A stretch of 63,935 nucleotides of DNA from Octopus bimaculoides (Eukaryota). The stretch spans positions 41,381,635-41,445,569 of the forward strand of contig NC_068994.1 of NCBI RefSeq assembly GCF_001194135.2, written 5' to 3'. The number at the start of each line of letters is the position of its first letter. Position 1 is the first letter of the stretch. The notes under the pieces are model-generated. The model searched no databases. It was not told the DNA's origin and saw only the letters and a list, made by a program, of their open reading frames with translations. Of this stretch, positions 12,330-24,441 are shown piece by piece. A program made the translations under genes and the position numbers.

Positions 12330-12870
12330 ACATATGTACATCACACACACACTCATGCTTGTTCACTTTCACAGGTTCACACACTCACACAAAGTTAATC
12401 ACATGTATACACATATTCATAAATACACACACATGCACTCTTAGATGCGTACATTACACACACACACACAAACACATGCATGCACGTACACTTAGGTTCA
12501 CGTGCATGCAAAGTTAATTACATGTATATATATTTATATTCATTTGTACACACATACATAAACACATGCACACTTAGACACATTCACATACACACAAATC
12601 TTATCTTATAGTCATTTGCGCAAACACATACACCCACCCACACACACACACACACAAACACACAAATCCAATCACATATATAGGCATATTCATTTGCACT
12701 AACTTCCGCCCACACACACATGCACACACACAAATCTAATCACATATATAGACATATTCATTTGCTCAGACATACCTACACACACATACACACACACACA
12801 CACACACAAATCTAATCACATGTGTAGACATATTCGTCTGCACAAACACATGCTGACATACACACACACA
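12330..12870. repeat. Degenerate minisatellite with (CA)n spacers
   Basis: At least 5 copies of caaa(tct/gtt)aatcacat(a/g)t(a/g)ta(g)acatattc(a/g)t separated by CA runs. Confidence 0.7.
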
Positions 12871-13629
12871 CACACACACTTCCCTCCACAATCACACGTC
12901 TCCAAAAATATACCATCACACAATCAATCTCCACCGCACCGTATATCAGAACTGCAGAAACACTACTATTAGTTTATATTTGCAAACATATTCCCTCCAC
13001 ACACACACAGACACACACACACACGACTCAACAATTTATTGCTGGTAGCACTCCAACTAAATTGGTGTCTGAATTTTCCTGACACTAAACAAACATTTCT
13101 TTAACCAGACATTCAGTACATTGTCAGCTTACAGCTTTTTTCTCTACATTTCCCCCTCCCCACCGACTTTCCCTCTTGCAAAACACCCAAGCCAAAGAAT
13201 TAAAACCCTCTAAATAACTGTTACATACTTAAGAGTAACCAAATTTTAGTTGTTGTCCATCAAACCTTCGCCAGGTTAGTTGCTTGTGAGCCAAGTTTTT
13301 AAATGTCATTATTGTTTGGTCGAGGCAGTAATGTGCGGAGACAAGGAAAAACAAAATGGCTGAGTGAATTGTAATGTCAACTCGTGGTTTAAATGAGATA
13401 CAGGTGTTTTTGTCATGTTTTCACATGAAATATGTAATTTCATATTGCACAAGTTCAATTAACTGCAATGTGTTGTCACCAGGTCTACCTAGAAAAGTTA
13501 CTCACAACATTACTCATAATAAAATGTGTTGGCCAAGAGTAGATTTTCTTCGCTTCAGCTTGATGTTGTTACTAAGAAAACAAGATTTAAGTATTGACGC
13601 TTGGACTCTTTGTAATTTATAAAAGGGTT

Positions 13630-13822
13630 AATATTTCTTTCTAATTTTGGCACAAGGCCAGCAAATTTTGAGGGGAAAGGAAATTCAGTTACATCAACAG
13701 GTAATTATTTTATCAACCCCCAAAATGATGAAAGGCAGCCTTTGAACTCAGAATGTAAAGCTTGAAGAAACACCAGAAGAAATGTCTGTTATGCTAAAGA
13801 TTCTGCCTGCTCACCACTGAAC
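13630..13822 (-). mobile_element. Family C SINE
   Basis: ggcacaaggccagcaaattttg...tgatgaaaggcag...tgaactcagaatg. Confidence 0.75.
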
Positions 13823-13849
13823 GAACCAATTAATATTAACAGTAAATCA

Positions 13850-14066
13850 AGGCAGTCAGCTGACAGAATCATTAGCACAGTAGACAAAATGCTTAGTGGC
13901 GTCTTGTCCATCTTCTCATTCTGAGTTCAAATTTTGCTGAGGTCAGCTTTGACTTTCATCCTTTCAGAGTTGATAAAATAAGTACCAGTTGAGCTGTGGG
14001 GGGGGGTCAATGAAATCGACTTGTCCCCTCTCCTCAAAACTGCTGGCGTTGTGCCAAAATTTTAAA
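13850..14066 (+). mobile_element. Family C SINE
   Basis: gctgacagaatcattagcac...tgagttcaaatt...ctttcatcctttcagagttgataaaataagtaccag (Meta-domain-like). Confidence 0.8.
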
Positions 14067-14359
14067 CCTGTATTAACAGTAAATCTATGAACTAAATAGC
14101 TTGTTTCCTCTTTAGATGCCATTTTTCACTAGTGTAACTGGTGGGACTTTTAAAGGTGTGGCAATTTTGGGTCTGCTGTAGGTAGTATGTGTCTTTTGTG
14201 GGGTCCAGGGGCAGCAAACAAAAGGGCTGCTCCAGGTGGCACACACTCTAGTGCATCTCTGCATGCCTCAGTAATCATTGACCTCTATACCAAAATCTGA
14301 TCATACATTATTTGGGAAAGACACAGTGGTGGTTTTTCTGTGGTCTTCTGCTAGTTTAT

Positions 14360-15619
14360 TTACAAGGAAGAAAAGGAGGGGAAGGAGGAAGAAGAAGGGG
14401 GAAGGGGGAAGAAATAGTGGAAGAAAAAGGAGGAGGAGGAAAAGGAGAAAGAAGAAAGGAATAGTTAAAGGAGGAAGAGGAGGAGAGGAGGAAGAAGAGG
14501 AGGTGGGGAAGTGTAGGAGGAGAGAAGTAAAAGAAGACTCCTTCATTACACAACTCTGCTTACGACCCTCCAGCCTCTTAATATGCAACCCTGACCATTT
14601 CCGTCACCGATATATTTAAATATTTTGGTAAATGTAAAGAACCACTTTTATTGTTGCCATTTCAGATCACAGGAACATCAAATAATCAAGGAAAGCCGGA
14701 AAGCACCATCAAGATGGCACTTCCTTCTCTTTTTCTTTCTTTCTCAACCTTTCGCTCTTCTTCTTCTTCTTCTTCTTCTTCTTCTTCTTCTTCTTCTTCT
14801 TCTAGTTCACCTCCTTCTCCTCCACCTCCTTCTCCTCCTCTTCCTTCTCCTTTTCCTCCTCCTCCTCCCTAAATGTTTCCATTACTGTTTCTCTTTCTCT
14901 TACTTTGAATCAGCTTCTCGAATGTTCCTTTCCTTCAGTTGTTAGTTCAATCTCCTCCTCCCTCCCTCTTCCTCCTCGTTATCATCATCATCNNNNNNNN
15001 NNCATCACCAGTATCATTATCATCGTCGTCGTCGTCGTCATCTTCTTCATCGTCATCATCATCATCATCATAATTGTTGTCATCATCACCACCCTCCTCC
15101 TCGTTGCCATTGTCATCATCATCATCGTCATCATCACCTTCACCCTGAACACCATCATTATCATCATCATCATTCTCCCATCTCTCTCACCTTCTCTTTC
15201 TTCCTTTCTTTCATTTGTTCATTCCTTCCTTCTTTCTTTTCTTCTTTCTCTCTCTCTCTTCCTTTCTTATTAATCCCTTCCCATCCCCCACACCTATTTC
15301 ATTATTGGGTGCCACATACCCAGCGTTGTGTTCCTCACTCCACCTGCCTCCTTTCTTTGGTTATTCAATCATTGTCATTGAATTGGATTGATGGCAATAC
15401 CTGGTCATCTTCTTCTTCTCCTCCCTCTCCCTCTCTCTCTCTTTCTTTCCCTGTCTCAAGGCAACAGCTTCTGTTTCCTCTTTTCCTCCTTCCCTGCGAC
15501 CTACCTGCCTTCCCTCACCCCCTACCAACTCCTTTTACTCTAGCTGCTGTATTTTGTTACCAAGCAAGGACGCACATGTACACACTAACACATGAACACA
15601 CACGCACACACACATTATC

Positions 15620-15652
<33 letters not shown>

Positions 15653-15817
15653 TTCACCACCACCACTATCATCATTATTGTCGTTGTCGTCACCATCACA
15701 ATCATCATCATCAATTTCATTATCATCATCATCACCACCACCATCATCATTGTCATCATCTTCACCCTAATTATCATCATCATCACCATCATCATCATCA
15801 TTATTAACCTCATCATC

Positions 15818-15851
<34 letters not shown>

Positions 15852-15900
15852 TCACCACCATCATCATTGTCATCAACTTCACCCTAATCGTCGTTGTCAT
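14360..15900. repeat. Low-complexity block: GA-rich, CT-rich and (CAT)n tracts
   Basis: Direct reading; source of the poly-His/Ser/Met pseudo-ORFs. Confidence 0.9.
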
Positions 15901-16404
15901 CATCATTTCCACCCTACCTACCCCTGTCTTTAGGACTAACATACCTGTACATACACACACAATCAACCAATCAAACTAGTCTTTATAACATACACATTCT
16001 ACTCCACAAGTCTCTCGAAAAATCTTTTTATCTAAAGTGATTTAAAGTCTAAATTTAGATTCCAGAAAAATCCATAACCAATCTCTTCCTCTACCAGTCT
16101 GTCTTATTTCACACATCTACGGCTCAGAGGCTGGGTGTTGAGCCAATACTTTTAATCATTTCAACTATTTCAAGTAACATCATTTTGATTGTCTAAATTC
16201 TTTGGTGAACTTCGTTGCTTTCTTAAGCAGCTGCCGGAATTACTTGATAGGATGCTACAAAAGTTGCCAACACAAACAATCTTAACTAGTAGGATCTTCA
16301 CCAGTCACTAAATTAAATGATTGCATTAGATTTAGTTGTTGTTTCTTTTTTCTTCTTTTCTTTTTTCCCTCCCTGTCTTTTGGACTTACATATACGTGTA
16401 CATA

Positions 16405-16486
16405 ACATACATATATATATATATATATATATGTACAGATATATGCATACATACTTATGTACACATATGCATGCATATATATTCAT

Positions 16487-16522
<36 letters not shown>

Positions 16523-16536
16523 ATAGGCCCATATAT

Positions 16537-16572
<36 letters not shown>

Positions 16573-16585
16573 CTCTCTCTCTCTC

Positions 16586-16641
<56 letters not shown>

Positions 16642-16894
16642 TAAATATATTTGTATATAAATATATATATAAATAAACATATATTTAAGTATATATACTT
16701 AAACTGATAGATATATACATACATACATACATACATACATACATACATACATACATACATAAATACATACGTACATAAATACACATGTACATACATACAT
16801 ACATTCATACATGCAAACATACATACCTAAATTCATATATATATACTTACATACATACATACATTCATACATACATACAGAATACATACATACT

Positions 16895-16928
<34 letters not shown>

Positions 16929-17030
16929 TATATACATACATATATACATACATTCATTTATACATACATACAGAATACATACATACATACATGCATGCAT
17001 AAATACATACATACTTGCATGCATACATAG
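16405..17030. repeat. Compound microsatellite (TA/CA/CT/TACA)
   Basis: Direct reading. Confidence 0.95.
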
Positions 17031-18917
17031 AAAATGTTTATATACTACAAGGGTCATAGATGAATGGACAACTCATGGACAAATTGCAAACATAGTGGAA
17101 GAGGGGGTATAGAAAGTGAATGTTTCTACAGCCTACTGGAATACACTGAGAGTAGGCCCATTTCTTTGGTGTGGCAGCACATCATAGTGTTTAGGATGTT
17201 GAACTCATGATCGTAAGATGTGTTGTGTAGACTGATGCCAGTGAAATTGTCTCTAAATATGGTAACCACAAGGGAAGACACTGATCTAAAGAATGGATAT
17301 CACTGGATGCTTGATCTTGCCAGCAAGTACTTGACTAGTACTTATCAAACCCCATGACAATAAAAGGCAACGTTGACCTTGTGGGGATTTGATCTCACAA
17401 TGTAAAGAATCAGAATCGATGCTGCAGAGCAATTTTTTTACCAATGTTTAATAAGGGTTTCAAATTTTGTCCAAAGGGCAGCAATCTTGAAGGTGAGAAA
17501 GGTACTTATTTATTTTATCGACCCAGAAAGTCTACCTCAGTGGAATTTGAATTCAGAACGTAGTGACGGGTGAAATATCGATAAAGTGCAGCGCTCTAAC
17601 GATTCTTTTCTACTCTAGGCACAAGGCCTGATATTTTGGGGGAGGGGTGCCAATCAATTAAATCAATCCAGTATGCAACTGGTACTTAATTTATCGACCC
17701 CGGAAAGCAAAGTAGACCTCAGCGGAATTTGAACTCAGAACGTAGCGATGGGCGAAATAGCGATAAGTACAGCGCTCTAACGATTCTGCCACCTCGCAGC
17801 CTTACCAATGTTTAAAAATAATACTAATAATTTTACAAAACTAACAGAAATAAACAACAATAATGTAAAATAAAAATAAGTTGTGCTGTTTTTATTCAGC
17901 AACATTTTAAAACGGTTGTTAAGATGCATGGTGTAAGGGAGGTAAATCATGACCTTACTAATATATCCTTATGGAATTTACTGTGTGCTTGCGTGTGTGT
18001 GTGTGTGTGTGTGCACGCGTGTGTGTGTGCACGCGTGTGCGCGTGCGTTTGTGTCTCTTTGTCTTGCTGTCGTATTAGTTAGTGTCATTCATTTCCAGTG
18101 ACACTGACCACAGGGGAATATTACCTCGCTGAGAAACAAGGGAAGGGCAACAACAAGAAAGGCATTTGACCATAGTAAATCTGGCTTAAGAAACTCCAAC
18201 TCCAAAAACAGCCTAGTCCTGGGGTTGATTTGCTCGACTAAAGGCGGTGCTCCAGCATGGCCGCAGTCAAATGACTGAAACAAGTAAAAGAGTTATATTG
18301 TGTCTGGGGAAAGTCATTCTTTTAGTTCCTTATTAATTTAATACACACACCGGTCTGATTTCCACTCATTTGCTTATTATTTTTTACTAAAATTTTCGGT
18401 GCGACTTGCAACCTTTTCAATAGTCATTGAGCCAGTGAGTATGTTAATTTAATAAGGAACTAAAAGAGAATGACACAATAAAAATATGCTTCAACTCATG
18501 AATTCACATAAAGAATCTTGCAAGCCACATACAAAAACGAAGTTCTTGTCATGTCCCACACACCAGTTTATTAATGACAATGTCATTTTACTATATTCTT
18601 CATAATATTCAAAATTAATTGAAACAAAGACGATGTATTTCAACAGAAATACGATAACAAAAGGGTCATATTTTACTGCTGTTCTGCCATTTTCCAGTGC
18701 TTATATGGGTGAACTAGATCATGATGTCAATCAAAAAACATTACTAATCACTCGAGTATGAAATAGATGTGGAGCCTTTTCTTATATTTCGATCTCAGTC
18801 TTTCACTGTTGCTGATTTTATCAATCTTGAAGGAATAAAAAACACAAATATCAAGTTCCTTCTTTTCTTTCTTTTTATTTTCCTGTCCTTTTGCGTGTAG
18901 AGACGGAGTTATGTCCC

Positions 18918-19213
18918 TTACTATTTTACTTGTTTCAGTCATTTGACTGCGGCCATGCTGGAGCACCGCCTTTAGTCGAGCAAATCGACCTCGGGACTTA
19001 TTCTTTGCAAGCCTAGTAATTATTCTATTGGTCTCTTTTGCCGAACCACAAAGTGACGGAGACATAAACACACCAGCATCGGTTGTCAAGCAATGCTAGG
19101 GGGNNNNNNNNNNNNNNNNNNNNNNNNNNNNNNNNNNNNNNNNNNNNNNNNNNNNNNNNNNNNNNNNNNNNNNNNNNNNNNNNNNNNNNNNNNNNNNNNN
19201 NNNNNNNNNNNNN

Positions 19214-19285
<72 letters not shown>

Positions 19286-19448
19286 GACGGGCTTCTTTCA
19301 GTTTCCATCTACCAAATCTACTCACAAGGCTTTGGTCGGCTCGAAGCTATAGTAGAAGACACTTGACCAAGATGCCACACAGTGGGATTGAACCCGGAAC
19401 CATGTGATTGGTAAGCAAGCTACTTATCACACAGCCACTCCTGCACCC
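18918..19448 (-). mobile_element. Family A SINE, full length (gap in the internal microsatellite)
   Basis: Minus strand: gagtggctgtgtgataagtagc (A box)...ggttcaatccc (B box)...internal (TA)n(TG)n...cagcatggccgcagtcaaatgactgaaacaagtaaaa. Confidence 0.9.
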
Positions 19449-19859
19449 TTGTTCAGATTTTGTTCATGCTAGTTAGCCCCCACCCTGGTCAGTTTCTGTG
19501 GTCAAGATCTGATAAAAGGCATTCCAGCAATAATGTAGCTAAGACTGTCATATACAGTTGGATATGGGAAAGTCACATTATCCAGATGTCCTTCCTTTTG
19601 AAGAAAATGTGGTTGCTATTTCAAGCAAGCTCAGCAACTGTAAAGTGAATCCCTACATGGCTTTATCTATACATGTCTGTGTGTAGCAAGGTACACCATC
19701 CCACAGTATAAAAATTATGAGTGTACATCACTCATTGTTTGATGAAGAATGACTGTAGAATTTATGGTTGAACAAATGGAAACCTACAGTCACTTATGAT
19801 TATTTCTATATACTCCTATACAGCTGCCACTAACATTAATTTTTATCAAACTTATTTCA

Positions 19860-20245
19860 CATAGATGGCTTCTGTGCCAGTGGTATGTAAATTGCACCAT
19901 TTGAGCCCGATCGTTATCAGCGTTGCCTTACTGGCACGTAAGAAAATCATTCAAGCAAGGTCGTTGCCAGTACCGCTGGACTGGCTCCTGTGCAGGTGGC
20001 ACGTAAAAAACACCATTTTCAGCGTGGCTGTTGCCAGTACCGCATGACTGGTTCTTGTGCTGGTGACACATAAAAGCACCCACTACACTCTCGGAGAGTT
20101 TGGCGTTAGGAAGGGCATCCAGCTGTAGAAACTCTGCCAGATCAGATTGGAGCCTGGTGCAGCCATCCGGTTCAGCAGTCAAATCGTACAACCCATGCTA
20201 GCATGGAAAGCAGACGTTAAACGACGACGATGACGATGATGATGA
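19860..20245 (+). mobile_element. Family B RTE 3'-end copy with internal ~35-bp repeats
   Basis: Repeated gactgg..cgtgc.ggtggcac.taaaa units, then ggcgttaggaagggcatccagc and a (GAC/GAT)n tail. Confidence 0.85.
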
Positions 20246-20576
20246 CGCATCTATGATTAACTACGACTGGTTAGGTTCGTTATTTTTTCTTCTTGTTTTG
20301 CCTTTGTGAGTTACAAGTACTGCTATCTGTTGGAGTTTCAGCACTTTAGCTGCTATTTCTGAACTTCGGTATGTGGTGAAGCAACTGTTGCTGATCCCTT
20401 AATTATGTTTATACATAAATATATGTATATATACATGCATATATGAGTACGGACATAAAAAAAGAAAACATGGACAGAATGAGAAACGAGAACATAAAAA
20501 ACGAACTTTTTTTCGGACAACGAAAAAAACAGAGAATCGATACGTGCAACATAAAGAACATTCCCTTCATATATAT

Positions 20577-20611
<35 letters not shown>

Positions 20612-21221
20612 ACACCCGAACACCAGAATACAAAGAAATATTGCTAAGCCGTTATTCGATGTAAGGGAGGCAACTCCGCATTACATATGTGAACATGACT
20701 ACAGACATTGAAAAAAAAAACACCTACGTCATGTTAATGATAGCAACACACATACACATACACACACGGACACAGATATACACACATACACACGCACACG
20801 TGTGAGTGTGCTTATACACTTAATATACTTATTAAAACCAATTCAAATCTGAAAGAAAATCTAAAATTACTATTTGTTCCATATAACTGACAGATATTTA
20901 TATTCAATTACGTTGTTTAATGATTTCGATAGTTAAATATTATCTATTCTGAAATAAGATAATGGTTCGGTACAATGATTGGAGCATTGTAATAGGTAGC
21001 TGCTGTCCATTAAGTTCAAATCCTGCCGCAGTAGACTTTGGCTTATATTGTCCTGAGGTCAATTTGCTGGCTGCAATTTTGTCAGCTGTCCTCCCTCCCA
21101 CCAATATTCCTAACCATGTATCTATGTAAGCAGAAGAATGGGTGGGGTGGGAGCAACTAGCAGAATTGGTTGAGACATAGTATGTATATGATATATATTA
21201 TATATATATGATATAGTCTTC

Positions 21222-21433
21222 CTCTTTACTCTTTTACATGTTTCAGTCATTTGACTGCGGCCATGCTGGAGCACCGCCTTTAGTCGAGCAAATCAACCCC
21301 AGGACTTATTCTTTGTAAGCCTAGTACTTATTCTATCGGGCTCTTTTTGCCGAACCGCTAAGTTACGAGGACGTAAACACACCACCATCGGTTGTCAAGC
21401 GATGTTGGGGGGACAAACACAGACAGACACACA

Positions 21434-21515
<82 letters not shown>

Positions 21516-21679
21516 CGACGGGCTTCTTTCAGTTTCCGTCTACCAAATCCACTCACAAGGCTTTGGTCGTCCTGAGGCTATAGTAGAAGACACTTGCCCA
21601 AGGTGCCACGCAGTGGGACTGAACCCAGAACCATGTGGTTAGTAAGCAAGCTACTTACCACACAGCCACTCCTGCGCCT
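21222..21679 (-). mobile_element. Family A SINE, full length, young
   Basis: Intact tRNA-like head (tggctgtgtggtaag...ggttcagtccc), CORE-like ggcaccttgggcaagtgtc, central (TA)(TG)n and (aaagagta)n tail. Confidence 0.9.
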
Positions 21680-21829
21680 ATATACAATGTTATATATGAT
21701 ATATATTATGTTGGACATAATATATATATGATATATATAGTATATTATATATATTATGTTGGCCATATGATATATATGATATATAGAATATAATATATAT
21801 GATATAGATTATGTTGGACAAGAGCTGTT

Positions 21830-22160
21830 GTGGCAATCGAAATCGATTGATAGCACCACATGATTGGTATCCGTGCTAGTGGAGCGTTAAGAGCACCATT
21901 CGAGTGTGATTGTTGTCAGGGCCGCTGACTGGCCCCCGTGCCGGTGGCATGTAAAAAGCTCCGCCTGACTGGCCCTCGTGCCGGTGGCATGTAAAAGCAC
22001 CCACTACACTCTCGGAGTGGTTGGCGTTTGGAAGGGCATCCAGCTTTAGAAACTCTACCAGATCAGATTGGAGTCTGGCACAACCATCTGGCTCTCCAGT
22101 CCCTAGTCAAACCGTCCAACCCATGCCAGCATGGAAAGTGGACGTTAAATGATGCTGATT
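21830..22160 (+). mobile_element. Family B copy inserted in an atatgatatatattatgttgg minisatellite
   Basis: The same minisatellite unit flanks both sides (21690-21820 and 22160-22185). Confidence 0.85.
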
Positions 22161-22202
22161 ATATATGATATATATTATGTTGAAGATAATATGAATTCAG
22201 TA

Positions 22203-22420
22203 GGCAGCAAGCTGGCAGAACCATTAACACACTAGGCTACATGCTTAGCAGCATTTTGTCCGTCCTTACGTTCTGAGTTCGAATTCCATTGAGGATGACT
22301 TTGCCTTTCTTCCTTCCGGGGTTAATAAAATAAGTACCAGTTGAGCACTGGGGCCGATGTAATCTACTTACTCCCTCCCCTGTAATTTCTGGCCTTGTAC
22401 CAAAATTTAAAAACCAATAT
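22203..22420 (+). mobile_element. Family C SINE
   Basis: ggcagcaagctggcagaa...ttctgagttcgaattcc...ctttgcctttctccttccggggttaataaaataagtaccag. Confidence 0.85.
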
Positions 22421-22484
22421 ACCTTCAGCATCATGATATATATATATATGTATGTGTGTATATATATGTACATATATACACACA

Positions 22485-22550
<66 letters not shown>

Positions 22551-22865
22551 CATACATATACACACACATATATACACACATATACATGTATTTAACTGCA
22601 TTGATCTGTTTTAGAGGCTGTCCTTGGTTTTGTCATAATTCATAATTATTCATTTTTTAAAGGTTCATCATTTGAACTTTCTACCATAATTTTCAATTAA
22701 GTTAGAACCTTTTGTTAAATTATATTCCTAGCACCAGATTAAAAATGGTAAAGTTAGTTATTTGACTATATTCCGAAAATTCATGTTGCGTCTGAGCACT
22801 GTGCGTAAGAAATCTATTTTTATTATTATTTTTATTATTCTAATTATTATCATTATTATTACTAT

Positions 22866-23065
22866 TAAGGCAGCACAACCAAGCAGAATGCTTAGCGGCA
22901 TTTTGTCTGTCTTTACGTTCTGAGTTCAAATTGTCCCAAGGTCAACTTTGCTTTACATCCTTTTGGGGTCAATAAATTAAGTATCAGTTGAGTACTGGGG
23001 TCGATAGGATCAGCTATCCCCTTCCCCACAAGTTTCAGACCTTGTGCCTATAATAGAAATGATTA
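22866..23065 (+). mobile_element. Family C SINE
   Basis: Collinear with 22203-22420; (ATT)n tail. Confidence 0.8.
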
Positions 23066-24144
23066 TTATAATTATTATTATTGAGGGAGAGAACAGTGCA
23101 TGCCATCAAAGTGACACTGAATTATAAATATATGTAGCTCAGTATACCCATCATATAAGGGTACTACCCATCTGATAAGGGTACACCAGACACATGCATC
23201 ATGATCATATGTGCTGAACATGGTGATCTCATATCAAGATAAATGGTGCATGACTTTGCAGGTGGAGCCTAGTTAGAATTTTCTTCAGATTAAGTAGCCT
23301 GACCCACTCAAGAGGTCCCTGAATAAGGGTTGTTTAACGATGTTGAATGAAAGACCCATGTTTCCAGAGGTGAATTATTCAAACCCCAGAGTATTCCTCT
23401 CAACACATGGCTATGATCCTCCCCCACTACTTCTGCTCCTGATCAGAGATGCACATATTGTCAGCTGCTAAGAGACAGGCTGAACTGGTTAAGGTAAAAC
23501 AACTGACATACAAACTTGTGGTACTGAGCAAACTAGTTGCTATAGCCCAAAGGCGTGCAGGAAGAAACCATTCTGCACTTCCTCATTCAGTTGTTCTGGC
23601 ATTGCTGACTTCTGGTGTTGTCGAACAGCTGTTGTCATGTGTGGGACAGATCTGTCTGTTGGCCGAGTCTGTAGTGATGATTTCCCCACTGCCCTCCTTC
23701 AGTTGGGCAGGAAAAGCAGTTTTCCTTTGCATGGTGGCATTGGCGAAAGAGATTGTTAGGTAGACAAGGCTGAAAGGCATGAGGACAAATACATTCCTCT
23801 TTGGTAGAGCTCACATTGACTTCAAGTTTCACTTGAAAAGGAAATTGAGAGTGGAGAGGGAAGTGTTGTCCTCAAGCGAGTTTATTGAAAGGTGGGTGAA
23901 AGTTGCAAATATGGCAAGAGTGGATGGTACCTCTCTAAGTGTAGACCTTTGAGTCAGAGAGAAAGAATTGAAGAGGGCACTTGCTCTTTGGGTTTCAGGG
24001 AAATCTCGGACAGAGGGGTTCCTCAATTATCCCTAGAGGCCTTCCTGTATCAGGAGGACCACCCTGTGCACAGGATGACAAAACTGTCCTGCAGGCACTC
24101 GTCCAATGTCTGTGCATTACAGATTTGTGATACTTTGTTGATTA

Positions 24145-24345
24145 TTATTCTTTCCTACTCTAGACACAAGGCCCAAAATTTTGGAGTAGGGAGCCAGTCA
24201 ATTAGATCAACCCCAGTCTGCAACTGGTACTTAATTTATCGACCCTGAAAGGTTGAAAAGCAAAGTCGACCTCGGCAGAATTTGAACTCAGATCATAAAG
24301 ACAGACGAAATACTGCTAAGCATTTCAGCCAGCGTGCTAACATCT
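24145..24345 (-). mobile_element. Family C SINE
   Basis: ctggtacttaatttatcgaccctgaaagg...gcaaagtcgacctcggcagaatttgaactcaga. Confidence 0.85.
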
Positions 24346-24410
24346 TACCAATGTAATTGACTTGTCCCCACCCCACAAAATTTCAGGCCTTGTGCTTTTA
24401 GTAGAAATGA

Positions 24411-24441
<31 letters not shown>

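Noticed and set aside
21600-21679. tRNA-like sequences at SINE heads
   Set aside because: A/B boxes are present but there is no complete cloverleaf, and they are fused to SINE bodies; not tRNA genes
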